Assembly: GCA_964019335.1 (NCBI GenBank)
Contig: OZ025757.1
Coordinates: forward strand, 124,001-188,000
Length of the DNA: 64,000 nucleotides
DNA from: Diplonema japonicum
Lineage: Eukaryota > Protista > Euglenozoa: Diplonemea
Direction: 5' to 3'
Part shown: positions 31,386-42,296 of the stretch, piece after piece
How the letters are laid out: each line of letters starts with the position of its first letter
How positions within the stretch are numbered: position 1 is the stretch's first letter
Notes under the pieces: model-generated
Told to the model about the DNA's origin: nothing
Database searches by the model: none
What the model saw: the letters and a program-made list of their open reading frames with translations, nothing else
Position numbers and translations under genes: made by a program

Positions 31386-34112
31386 CTAAGAGCTGCCAGG
31401 AGGTGCGGTCCACTCCACCACCTCAGAGCCAGGGGTGTTCTTCACCACCTTCCCCAAGACACCATCGGTGAGCCAGTTCGCCCCTGAACCAGCAAAGGTC
31501 ATTGTGACTGCATGAACCTTCCAGCCATCCCCACCCTGTGCCCTGATCCGAACCTTGCGGGGGTGCTGCAGGATCCCAGTTGCAGTCATCACATGAACAC
31601 TCCCCTGGGCAGGGGCCGCCACACTCCCCACAACCTGAACACTCCCATCCCAGTACTCCACCTCAATGGGGTAGGTGTGTTGCGACTCTGCATTGGTTTC
31701 CGAAGCGGTCACCACCCCCACAGTGAAGTCCATCGAGTTCAAGGCGTACATGTTGCTCCGGAAGGTCCCCCCACAGAAGGCCTCCCCGTTCCCGATGCAA
31801 GGAGCGTTGCAATCCCCACTTGCAGCCGGAGGCTTGGAACGGATGTCCTGTGTGCACCAGCAGGTGTCTCCCTTCTGTATCCCAAAGAACTTGTAGTTCC
31901 GAACAGTGTCCCCACCACAGTACGCTGCACAGTGCTCAACTGACATCCCTGCAGAGACGTACGCCGTCCTCCCAACATTGTCCTCGAAGCACCCCACATG
32001 AGAGAAGCGGACAGAACTCTTCACAGCCATGTTCCGGTGCCCGCTGGTTGCGCAGTCCGCTGCGTTTGTTCTGACCGACTGCGCAAGTTCAGAAGCCCCG
32101 CCGCACCAACATTCGTTTGTGAAGAGCGTCCCTGCATGGGTGTGCCCGGCGGTGTTACAAAATGCAAGGCACTGCTGTGGTGGGGTTGCGACACGCCTTG
32201 ACTTCAAGGCACGGTAGTCGGCGAAGCATCCTATGTCGTAGGACAGTGAGGCTGGTGCGTCGGCATCGAAATCAAACATTCTGTTGCCGAAGACAGAATC
32301 CGCTAACGCCACTGCATCCGACGACGCATGCAAGCTGGGTGCTCCCAGTGCGGGAGAGAAATCCCCCGTGCTGCCCACGATGGTGGGCACTAGTGGTGTG
32401 CTGATATCGCGGATCACTACAGCAGAGGCAGTTGTTATGAAGAGGCTGCTACCAGACAAGGCCATCTCAGCGTGTGCGTGGACGTCCTGTGTTGTGAAAG
32501 ACAGAGCCGAAGGGTTAGACGCCATTACAATGTGAAGCTTGCCATCGGAGAGGACGTAAACAACCGTGTCCTTAAAGAGAACGTCCCTTGCCCCAGCGAT
32601 GTCAAGCTTCGCGAGAAACTTCGGCGACGACGGTTCACACACATCGAGAACCTGCAAACTGTCTCCGTCCGCAATGTAAGCGGTTGTCCCTGACACCGCC
32701 ACCGCCCTCGCATCGTTTGGAGTGTTGTAACTCCCGATCTTGCGTATCAAATTTTCGTTGATTGAAAACACGGCAAGACCTGCTTTCCCGCATGCAGCAT
32801 ATAATAACCCACCAGCAATGTGCAAAGCCTGTACCTCAGAATAGAGAATTCTGTGAAGTAAAACCGGGCGAAACTCGATGTCCAGAACAAGTATCTCTGT
32901 AGCAGCCGCAACATATAGTTGGTTTCCAACCGACGCAAAGGCTCTGACCTCAAACGGGTAGTGGTAGTAGTCAAGAACTCTGAACCTGCCGTAAACGTCG
33001 ATCCCGTCCTCTTGAAAGAAAAAGGCTTTCGAGCGGGAGATAATGTGGGCCTTCCCAGGGTACAACTCTGGCAAAGGGAGCGAGTTCAAGACAGTCGATG
33101 ACTCAAGCCTGTAAAAAGAATTCGAGCTCGAAAAAAAAACAGCCCTTGGTGAAACAGACAGAAGAATCCCCCCAACGATAGGCGTAGAACTAACCAGCAC
33201 TGGCTGCGCAGCGTTGGCCAACGAGTAAACCATAATTTTTGAAGACACCACCACATAAAGCCGCTGGCTTCCTTCATCGGCCGACATGTCTGTAATGGTA
33301 CCACCTTGATCTAAAGACCATCCAGACCATTCGTACGACCACCGCCCATCTTTTACGTAAACGTTCAGGACGGACTTTCTAGCCGTGAACAGGAAGTTCA
33401 TCGATTGGTAAAAGACAAACTGCTGAAGGAACGCAAAGCCCGGGTGCACGGACCCCAGCATGGTGTATACTCTGCGGGTTCGCATCATCGCTCCATTGGT
33501 ACCCTCCGGAACGGTATAAATATGCAACCCATCAGCATCTGAGAAATAATATCCATCATTACCTGGGAAAACCGCAGTTACCACGCGCCTGGTGCTCATT
33601 CGGTACATTCCAATAAAAACCGGGTTGAAACGGTCGGTGAGATCGAGTTTCCAGACGTGGGAAAACCATTCCGACTCCGGCGGGGGGTTGGTTAAGGTTC
33701 CTACAAAAAAAGAATCCCCGTCGATTTCAGCAGAGAATAGTTGCCTCAAACCGTAATTGGTGCTGTGGTCTGGTGCAGATATAAGTCGTAAACTTGCAGG
33801 ATCCGACCTATCAAAAACATATAATTTTTGCGGGCCGACGGCGTAGAGGACGTCATTGTGGGTCGGAGAGAGAACAATTCTCCAAACATCTCCTATTTTG
33901 TACGTTCCAATGGTTTTGATATCGTTTAGGTTTGCTAGGTCGTAGACCCTGACCCCGTCAGGGCCCGCTGCGGTGTACCCAATGTTTCGATCTTGTCTCA
34001 TGAACCACAAGCTGAGCTTCGTTTTCTCTCGAAAACTGACCCCCCGCAGGTTTACCCCCGCTCCCACCGTTGCGAGGAATGTCAGTAGAATGAGTGAGAT
34101 GGTTATTTTCAT
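31386..34112 (-). CDS. Secreted LVIVD/2xWSC/PLAT-like protein, copy 3 (subfamily A)
   Basis: 908 aa with signal peptide MKITISLILLTFLATVGA and the same conserved C-terminus. Confidence 0.85.
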   Translation of the reverse strand: MKITISLILLTFLATVGAGVNLRGVSFREKTKLSLWFMRQDRNIGYTAAGPDGVRVYDLANLNDIKTIGTYKIGDVWRIVLSPTHNDVLYAVGPQKLYVFDRSDPASLRLISAPDHSTNYGLRQLFSAEIDGDSFFVGTLTNPPPESEWFSHVWKLDLTDRFNPVFIGMYRMSTRRVVTAVFPGNDGYYFSDADGLHIYTVPEGTNGAMMRTRRVYTMLGSVHPGFAFLQQFVFYQSMNFLFTARKSVLNVYVKDGRWSYEWSGWSLDQGGTITDMSADEGSQRLYVVVSSKIMVYSLANAAQPVLVSSTPIVGGILLSVSPRAVFFSSSNSFYRLESSTVLNSLPLPELYPGKAHIISRSKAFFFQEDGIDVYGRFRVLDYYHYPFEVRAFASVGNQLYVAAATEILVLDIEFRPVLLHRILYSEVQALHIAGGLLYAACGKAGLAVFSINENLIRKIGSYNTPNDARAVAVSGTTAYIADGDSLQVLDVCEPSSPKFLAKLDIAGARDVLFKDTVVYVLSDGKLHIVMASNPSALSFTTQDVHAHAEMALSGSSLFITTASAVVIRDISTPLVPTIVGSTGDFSPALGAPSLHASSDAVALADSVFGNRMFDFDADAPASLSYDIGCFADYRALKSRRVATPPQQCLAFCNTAGHTHAGTLFTNECWCGGASELAQSVRTNAADCATSGHRNMAVKSSVRFSHVGCFEDNVGRTAYVSAGMSVEHCAAYCGGDTVRNYKFFGIQKGDTCWCTQDIRSKPPAASGDCNAPCIGNGEAFCGGTFRSNMYALNSMDFTVGVVTASETNAESQHTYPIEVEYWDGSVQVVGSVAAPAQGSVHVMTATGILQHPRKVRIRAQGGDGWKVHAVTMTFAGSGANWLTDGVLGKVVKNTPGSEVVEWTAPPGSS

Positions 34113-34259
34113 GATTTTTTTTTTTTTTTTTGCCCTGTGCTGTGGGGATGGCGGAAGAGAGTTGTGTGTGTGGTTGAAAGAGAAAAAAATAAAAAATAAA
34201 AAATTAAAAAAAACGGGGAGGGATTAAAAAAAAAGAAAAGAAAAAAAAATAAATGATAA

Positions 34260-34366
34260 CTATCTTGCCAAACGGACCCTTCTTATTTTTTTTTTTTTGC
34301 TTAATTTTTTTTTGATTTTTTTTTAATTTTTTGGTTTTTTTTTTTTTTGAAAAAAAATACTGCGGT

Positions 34367-34399
<33 letters not shown>

Positions 34400-34557
34400 A
34401 ACGGACAAAAATGCTCGTATTTTCTTTTTTTTTTTTCTCTCTTCTTGTTGTGCTATTTTTGTCCTGCTCGTCGATTCTCATTTTTTTTTGTACAGTATTT
34501 ATTTTCTGTTGCAAGACCCCCCCCCCCCCCCCCCCACCCATGCTCGTTGGTAGATGG
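34260..34557. mobile_element. Decayed MITE-like derivative of piggyBac family A
   Basis: Intact right end CGTTGGTAGATGG-TTAA (34545-34561). Degenerate left end ATAA-CTATCTTGCCAAACGGACC resembles TTAA-CCATCTACCAACGGACC. Confidence 0.6.
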
Positions 34558-34730
34558 TTAAAGGAGAGGTAAGGTCGCTTTCCCCCTCCTTTTCACGTTG
34601 GTATTTGTTAGGCCTACACAACTTGGTGGCCACAGACAAAAAAAGAAAAGGAAAAAAGAAAAGAAAAAAAACAGAGAAAAAAGAGAAAGAAAAAAAAATC
34701 TCAAGCCTTGGGAAAGAAAAAAAAAAAAAA

Positions 34731-34769
34731 CTCAAAGTGCAGGACAAACCCCCTCATGGAGGGCCGCCC
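34731..34769. repeat. Short dispersed repeat, also at 51135-51171
   Basis: CTCAAAGTGCAGGACAAACCCCCTCATGGAGGGCCGCC at both sites. Confidence 0.8.
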
Positions 34770-34796
34770 TTTAAAAAAAAAAAAAAGGAGGTAATT

Positions 34797-35005
34797 AATA
34801 GCTATTTACTGCCAACAAGCGACTTAAAAAATCGTAACCTCAAAGGTCCCACATTTGGTACTCTTAATTTTTGGTAAAAACGCAGAAACCCCAAGGCAAC
34901 GGTAAAAAAAAAAAAAAAAGCTCATTCTTCGGCGGTGAGTAAGTAGTTTTCTTTGCACGACCCTCTGGAATTACTTCACCACGAGAGGCAAAAGGGGTGA
35001 CAAGG
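34797..35005. mobile_element. R3-related element end (inverted copy of the 27.05-27.21 kb end)
   Basis: AATAGCTATTTACTGCCAACAAG..GGAATTACTTCACCACGAG..GGGTGACAAGGG is the reverse complement of the end of the 26504-27208 element. Confidence 0.6.
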
Positions 35006-35432
35006 GCTTTAACATACTAGAGTAGGGTCCGCAAGAACAGGGGCTGCTGGGAACTGAACCTCGGCAAAAGCTGGCCTGAGATGGGCATTATTTGTTTCTA
35101 AGTGAGAAAAAAAAAAAAAAGAAAAAAAAAATCAAGTTTTGGTTGCAAAGAAGAACCATCTTTGCGAAGGTACAAAAAAAAGACAGGGGCGGGGGAAGTT
35201 TAGCGACGGACCCACCCAGGTACGTGCACACCAAGCTGAGATGGTATTTTTTACTCCAGGACAACGGCTATGAGGGTTGAGAAGGGAGAAAAAAAAAAAA
35301 GAAAAAAAAAAAGGAGAATGGGGGGTTTTTTTTTTCAAATAGATCATGTAAAAGAATAGGGAGGAACCTGGCATTGCCATGGGGGGGGGGGTGTAAAAAC
35401 TCGAAGGAAAGTTTCTTTTTTTTTTCTCTCTC

Positions 35433-35759
35433 TTTATTTCACTCTTCGTCATTTTCTTCACCCACAACGCAAAAATGGCTGAAATTCAGCGTCGTTGAAT
35501 AATGGCGCTTCAGAGTGAAAAAAAAAGGGGGGTCTCGTTGTGTAATAAAATGTATCTGAGGCCATTTTCCGGCCCTTAAAAGTGGGAATAAGTGCTTTAC
35601 TTCCCCTTTAAAATGCCACGGCGAAAAAGCTACCCAGTACTACCTTAGGGAAAAAAAGCCCCCCATAAAAGCTGACCGAAAGCAGTGAGGGGTGAGTGAC
35701 TCAAATGACGAAGAGTGAAATAAAACGACTTACTTGCCGCCAAATGGGTCATTATTTAA

Positions 35760-35808
<49 letters not shown>

Positions 35809-35983
35809 AGTTTGGCGCTCCATTTGTTTGTGCGCACGAGCGGAATTTTACCTAATAAAATAGCTCATTACGCTGCCATCAACTAGTTTTTAGTCTCGAC
35901 AATAATATTGTTTAAAAAAAAAAAAAAAATAGAGAACCCGAGTTAAATAATGACTCATTATTTATTGGCAATAAATAGCTATT
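35433..35983. mobile_element. R3 element copy with nested insertion
   Basis: IR pair at 35433 and 35703-35725. Internal CCTTAAAAGTGGGAAT..TTTACTTCCCC..AAATGCCACGG shared with 20140-20185. Ends GGCAATAAATAGCTATT. Confidence 0.65.
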
Positions 35984-36242
35984 AAAGTTCATAACCCCTA
36001 AAAAAAAAAAACAAAAAAAAAAAAAGAAAAGAAAACACGTTTGCCAACGTTCCCCTTTGTTGAAAGAAAAGAAAAAGAAAAAAAGAAAACAAGGGACCAC
36101 ACCCTTTATGGAGCTACAGGAGAAACAACAGTGAAGTTGAGCACACACAAAAAAAAAAAAGAAGAAAAAAAAGAAGAAAAAAAAAAAAAAAAAAACAGGT
36201 TTTTGGGGAAAAAAAAGTAGAAAAAAACTCGATCTATTTTCT

Positions 36243-36651
36243 TTTTATTTCACTCTTCGTCATTTTCTTCACTCACTAGGGGCCTCATAATTTAAACTAG
36301 TAAAAATTATAAGATTTTGGAGTTAAATTATGGGGCCTCAGAGAAGTCTCGTTGTGGATTAAAATGTACCCAACCCCTTGAAGAATCTTTTTTTGGGGGT
36401 GGGGTTTTTTTTGACTATTTTTGGCCATCTAAGTGCTTTACTTCCCCTTAAAATGCCACGGCAAAATATCTGAGAACCGTGAGGAAAACAGCAGTAAAAG
36501 CAGTGAAGAGTGAGTGACTCAAATGACGAAGAGTGAAATAAAACGACTTACTTGCCGCCAAATGAGCCATTATTTAATACTTGTTTACCGTTTTTTTTTG
36601 GCCCTCGTGCAAAAAAATTCGGGAACTCGAGTTAAATAATGACTAGCTATT
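36243..36651. mobile_element. R3 element copy
   Basis: IR pair TTTTATTTCACTCTTCGTCATTT..TCACTCACT and AGTGAGTGACTCAAATGACGAAGAGTGAAATAAAA. Colinear with 19909-20700 but lacking its central segment. Confidence 0.65.
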
Positions 36652-36732
36652 TCTTTTTTTTTTTTTTTTTTCTTTTTGAAGTGACCATTCTGCGGTTGTA
36701 TCGGTGGTGCGCCTAGATTTCTCAAGGAGTGT

Positions 36733-36767
<35 letters not shown>

Positions 36768-37011
36768 CCTTCTTTGCCACACATGTCTGAACTCGGCGTG
36801 TACGGCTTTTCTCTTATTATCAATCTCCAGCATCTATAGTGGTGATCGACCTCCTTGTCCCAGGGTACCACCGCGAAAAATAATAAAAAAAAATAATAAT
36901 AATAAAAAATAGGAAAAAAAAAAAGATAATAGTAGTTATTCACAACTAATACTGAATTTTCTGTCACGAGTGACAGAAGTTTTTTTTTTAATAAGACGTG
37001 AATAATGTGGT

Positions 37012-37042
<31 letters not shown>

Positions 37043-37255
37043 CTTTTTTTTTTTTTTACCCCTCTTCGATTTTACTTCATTCTGTATCCCTAAGGATACA
37101 ATCACATTTCGGCACCCCACCTCCGGAAAATGCGGGAAAAAAAAAAAAAAAAAAAAAAACTTTTGACACACAGTAGCGTGGTAACCAATAACCGACAACA
37201 CATGCCCAAGAAATTGGAATTCTTCTGGAGTAAAAATAAAATTGGGGGAGTGGTG

Positions 37256-37291
<36 letters not shown>

Positions 37292-37310
37292 AAAAGTAAA
37301 ATAGAAGAGT

Positions 37311-37640
37311 AATAACTATTGATTTATGAAAAATAAAGCGGACCCTTATTTCCCGAGGCTGTTAATCTCCTCCGAACATATTATCAGCCAAGGGGAAAGA
37401 GTAAAGGTCCACTTTAATCATGAATTCTACGTAATTTAATTTATTTTCTGGTTCTCCATGGCACTCCCAAACTCCCCAAAGCCAGGAAGACCTGGGCCAG
37501 TCTTGCAATTTTGTGCATATGCTTCATGGTATGGCTGCCTCCCTACTTAGGCCCCAGGACGCAACCACAGAATTAGATCGACCCCGTTTTCACAAAATCT
37601 GCAGGGGAAAAAAAAAAAAAAAAAAAACATAAAGTACTTA
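37311..37640. repeat. Dispersed repeat R6, also at 63128-63435
   Basis: Shared blocks AATAACTATTGATTTA, TTATTTTCTGGTTC..ATGGCACTCCCAAA, CCAAAGCCAGGAAG and TATGCTTCATGGTATGG. Confidence 0.7.
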
Positions 37641-37924
37641 GAGCCCAGAAAAATAAATAAAAAAAAAAAAAATAAGAAAAACTGCTAACTTTGACCCTAA
37701 GTTACATAATATTTAGGAGGGAAAAGTTTCTGACCCGCCGGTCCCCCCAGGTTGAGTTCATAAATCTCAACGTCGTGCCCCCGAGAGAGAGAAAAAAAAA
37801 AAAAAAAACTCAAACTAGAATTTAAAAGAAAAAAGAACCCCCTTTTTTTTGTTTGTTTGCTGCAACAAGTAAACATACTTTTGTAAAAAAAAAAAAAAAT
37901 TGTAAAGTGAAAACATGGCATGCA

Positions 37925-37961
<37 letters not shown>

Positions 37962-38177
37962 AACAATATGGCTAGCATCGACATTGGCGCGTTCTCCTGT
38001 GCCTCGGGGGGGCACGCACCTGCAGCATAAGATTGGGTTTTCCATAGTTGTGGTGTCAAAAGATGCTTAAATCCCCCCTCCCCCCTTCTTCAGTGTCAGG
38101 TGAACTTTGCGTGCAAAGTTGGGTCGCATTTTTTAAACCCTAAAAAAAAACTTGGGGGGGTCAAGTTAGCACTGCAA

Positions 38178-38213
<36 letters not shown>

Positions 38214-39363
38214 AAATATCGATTTGTTAACGGTCAGGCCATACATATGCTCTGTACATTTTGGTGTGAGCTTCTAATAGTTTGGGCGGCTTCCTGTGCT
38301 AGTAGATAGGATTATCGCCCGCAAGTTTAATAATGGGGCAATACTATCTTCCTATTCACAGAATTCCCCCGAAATGACTTGCAAAAGGGGAGGTATCGTC
38401 AGTACCTTAAGTCCGGCCAAAGGTCTTGCTGCCCCGTGATTAAAAAAAAAAGAAAATAGAGCAAAAAAGATATAGTTGTCTTACTGTAACAAGTTATGAC
38501 CTTCCCGTTTACCTCGGAGGCAGAAAAAAAAAAAAAAAAAAAAGGACATTTCTTGGTCTGGTAAGTGGGGGGGTTTTTTTTTTCCCCCCTCTTTTTTTTT
38601 TTTTTTTAATTTCGCGGCGTACCTCAGAAATCAGTTTCGTCACGCCATGAAATTTAAAAAAAAAAAAAAAAATAATAGAAAAAAAAGAAAAAAAAAACTA
38701 AAAATAAAAAAAAAAAAAAAAAAAGAAATTACGGGAAAAATTAAAAAAAAAAAAGAAATTACCCCTTTCGTCCAAGGCACAGAAAACCAAGCGAGGTTAA
38801 CATTCTTTTTTTCCTTTTTTTTTTTTCCTTTTTTTTTTTCTTTTCGATTTCAAAACGACCCTTATACAATAAAAAAAAAATAATAGAAAAAAAAAAATAC
38901 GCTCCATATCTCTAAAACCCGTAATTTTTTTGCAAAAGGTTGGCTGAGAAAAAAATTTTAGAAAGCTTTGACGCCCCCCCCCCCCCCCCCCCCCCCCCCC
39001 ATTTTTTTCCCTACAGAAGACGCGGCTCGGTTAGGCAACCAATCACAATACCAGTTTTTACAGATATGAGGCGTTACAAAAAAAAAAAAAAAAAAAAAAA
39101 AAAACAATAGATATTCTTTTTCTTTCCCCCCCCTTTTTTTTCTTTGTTTGGCCAAACAGAAGGCTCGTCGGGCAACGTGCAAAGATAGCATACTGGACCT
39201 GTCGTTCCGGAAAACAGGTCACTTAACGGCCCATAGGGACCCCCGGATACCGCCTACTAGCATTGATCATACTGATTTTTTTTTCCCCCCCTTCTTTTTT
39301 TCCTCATTCATTTTTTTTTTTTTTTTTTTTTTTTTTTTGCCGTTGTAGTTTAGCACGATTATA

Positions 39364-42150
39364 CTACGAGCTGCCAGGAGGTGCGGTCCACTCCACCACC
39401 TCAGAGCCAGGGGTGTTCTTCACCACCTTCCCCAAGACACCATCGGTGAGCCAGGTCACCTCCGAACCCGACATATTAATTGTGACCTTAGCAACCGTCC
39501 ACCCATCCCCACCCTGTGCCCTGATTCGAATAATGCGGGGGTGCTGCTGGATACCGGTTGCAGTCATTCCTTGAATACTCCCCTGGGCAGGGGCCACCAC
39601 GCTCCCCACAATCTGAACACTCCCATCCCAGTACTCCACCTCAATGGGGAAGGAGTGCGACGACTCTGCATAAGTTTCCGAAGCGGTGGTTATCCCCACA
39701 GTGAAGGCCAATGAGTTCAAGGCGTACATGTTGCTCCGGAAGGTCCCCCCACAGAAGGCCTCCCCGTTCCCGATGCAAGGAGCGTTGCAATCCGCATCCG
39801 CAGCCGGAGCATTGGAACGGATGTCCTGTGTGCACCAACAGGTGTCTCCCTTCTGTATCCCAAAGTACTTGTAGTTCCGAACAGTGTCCGAGGCACAGTA
39901 CGCTGCACAGTGCTCAACTGACATCTCTGCAGAGACGTACGCCGTCCTCCCAACATTGTCCTCGAAGCACCCCACATGAGAAAAACGTTCCGTGCTCGTC
40001 ATTTCCATGTTTGAGTGCCCGCTGCCTAAACAGTCGACTGCGTTTGTTCTGACCGATTTCACAAGTTCGGGAACCCCGCCGCACCAACATTCGGATGCGA
40101 GGAGCGACCCTGCATGGGTGTGCCCGGCGGTACTGCACTCTGTGAAACACTGCAGTGGTGTGAAAAACGCAACACGCCTCGACTTCACAGCACGGTTGTC
40201 GGCGAAGCATCCTGTGTCGTAGGACGTCAGTGTTGGGTTCTGCCCGCTGATGGTGAACCCCCACATAGATGAGATAGTGTCGGCCTTGGCCGTCACGAGC
40301 AGGATATTACCTGCCGCATACACATTTGTCTCTATTTTGTTAGCCGTTGAAATAAAATGTTCACCCACAATTGTTGGTACACGCGGAACGGTGATATCAC
40401 GGATAATAACGCCGCCGGTAGATGCCTTAGCGACGACGAACAGTGCGTCACCGGACATCGCCATTGTGAAGGGCACGCTGGCCTGAGTCACAATGACTGC
40501 AGGTGAAGCGGGTGTCAGGACATCCACCACCATCAAGTTCGCAGTTCCAGCAACATATGCCGTCACACCTTTCACAAGAACATCGAACGCACCCTCAGCA
40601 ATCGTAACATTCCCCAGGAACACCGGTGATGAGGGAACACACACGTCGAGAATATGCAGGCTGACACCGTCGACGAGGTACGCTTTTGTCTCTGAAACAA
40701 TAACGGATTCTGAAGGCGTGACGGTGCTGTACTGCGCCACGCGTTTCAGAACGGTACCTTTGAAACTCAAAACCACAAGACCATGAGCGCCGCAAGCAAG
40801 GTACAACAAATCACCGTCAACATGAATCTTTCGGATGTCCGCTTGCAAATATTTCCCGACGAGTACCGGAACAGCCGAAATATCGATAACAAGCAGCTCG
40901 GCAGCGTTTGCAACATATAGTCGCTTGCCGCCCGACGACCCGATCGCAATGATTTCTTGTTGGTACTCGAAGAATGTCATGCTGACGAGGTCGGGACGGT
41001 AGATTTCAATCCCCGTCCCGTGGAAGCGAACGCTGGTCCCGTCGGACGTAATGTGGGCGATCGGCGTGAATTCAGCAGGAGTGGGAAGTACATTTGCATT
41101 AACAGGGTGCGTGGGACGGTCGAAACGGGTGATGCTGCTCCAATCAAGATTGGCAATGAAGATCCCCTTCGACGTCGGAAAGAAAGCCGACGCACCAACA
41201 GTGTGTTCCGAACGGATCGACAACGTGGCACCAGAGATGTCATAAACAATTATCTTCGTCTGCGTCATTACGTACAAATCGTCGCCCGACACCATCATAT
41301 CCTTTATGTTACTGTCAACATATGTTGACTGTCCTATCGTCCACCAGTTGAACGAGTAGAACACACTTCCATGTGGACCATTAATGGGAGCTTTCTTCAT
41401 TAAGTACAGGTCGGTGCCCTTGGCAGTGAACCCAACGTGCGGGCCCCCGATTACGAGAAAATCCATGTCTTGCAAGCTCGCATCGGTCTGCGTGTTGATT
41501 CTTTGTGACATGCTCAAGGGATTTCCGGTGCCAGGCAGATGAAATGTTTTCAGGCCCTCGTGGTCCGACCAGTAGTACCGCCAACCGACTTCAGTCGCCG
41601 TGTAGGATTTTTCTTCTCTGAAGACCCATGTGCGAGCCGATATGTGGTGTTGAAATTGTCCAACAAATGTGGGAGCGAACCTATCCGCCAAGCTGAATCG
41701 AATCACGAGCCCGGCTTCAAATAAGTACAACGCATTTTGAGACACTTGTACAGTGGCATCGATAAACCCTTGGCCGTTCGGCCTGCCGTGGAGTGTGACA
41801 CCCTTCAACACAAGGTTGTGAGGGTCAGACCTGTCGAAATTCCAAATCCAGTTATTCCCGATCAGGTACAAGGCGTCCGTCCCGGACAGTTCCACCTTCC
41901 ACGCGCTCTCCTGGACCTTGTAGCCACCGATCAACACCACGTTTTGAGGGTCCGTGAAGTTGTAAACCAACACACCGATGTTTCCAACCGTGTACCCAAT
42001 GTCCCCCATCACTTTCAAGTCGCGATGCTGCGCGCCTCCAGAGGGCCAATGATCGACGCCCCTTATGGTGTAATCGAGGGACGTAGCCGCTTCGGTGTTG
42101 CCAGCTGTCAGCAGGACACACAGAAGGAGAAGTATCTGCGGTGATTTCAT
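39364..42150 (-). CDS. Secreted LVIVD/2xWSC/PLAT-like protein, copy 4 (most divergent subfamily A member)
   Basis: True ATG at 42150 (MKSPQILLLLCVLLTAG). Same architecture; ends TAPPGSS. Confidence 0.85.
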   Translation of the reverse strand: MKSPQILLLLCVLLTAGNTEAATSLDYTIRGVDHWPSGGAQHRDLKVMGDIGYTVGNIGVLVYNFTDPQNVVLIGGYKVQESAWKVELSGTDALYLIGNNWIWNFDRSDPHNLVLKGVTLHGRPNGQGFIDATVQVSQNALYLFEAGLVIRFSLADRFAPTFVGQFQHHISARTWVFREEKSYTATEVGWRYYWSDHEGLKTFHLPGTGNPLSMSQRINTQTDASLQDMDFLVIGGPHVGFTAKGTDLYLMKKAPINGPHGSVFYSFNWWTIGQSTYVDSNIKDMMVSGDDLYVMTQTKIIVYDISGATLSIRSEHTVGASAFFPTSKGIFIANLDWSSITRFDRPTHPVNANVLPTPAEFTPIAHITSDGTSVRFHGTGIEIYRPDLVSMTFFEYQQEIIAIGSSGGKRLYVANAAELLVIDISAVPVLVGKYLQADIRKIHVDGDLLYLACGAHGLVVLSFKGTVLKRVAQYSTVTPSESVIVSETKAYLVDGVSLHILDVCVPSSPVFLGNVTIAEGAFDVLVKGVTAYVAGTANLMVVDVLTPASPAVIVTQASVPFTMAMSGDALFVVAKASTGGVIIRDITVPRVPTIVGEHFISTANKIETNVYAAGNILLVTAKADTISSMWGFTISGQNPTLTSYDTGCFADNRAVKSRRVAFFTPLQCFTECSTAGHTHAGSLLASECWCGGVPELVKSVRTNAVDCLGSGHSNMEMTSTERFSHVGCFEDNVGRTAYVSAEMSVEHCAAYCASDTVRNYKYFGIQKGDTCWCTQDIRSNAPAADADCNAPCIGNGEAFCGGTFRSNMYALNSLAFTVGITTASETYAESSHSFPIEVEYWDGSVQIVGSVVAPAQGSIQGMTATGIQQHPRIIRIRAQGGDGWTVAKVTINMSGSEVTWLTDGVLGKVVKNTPGSEVVEWTAPPGSS

Positions 42151-42159
42151 ATCTCTTTT

Positions 42160-42191
<32 letters not shown>

Positions 42192-42296
42192 TGGTCAGAA
42201 TCAGAAAAAGCAAAAAAAAGAGAAAAAAAAAAAAAAAAACAGGGGGAGAAAAAGAAAAAGGCAGAGCTGACAAAAATAAAAATAAAAAAAATTTAA

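Noticed and set aside
34113-39363. Many short ORFs in the 5-kb gap between copies 3 and 4
   Set aside because: Homopolymer-derived with no domain motifs. The region is explained by repeats, and I found no array pseudogene there.
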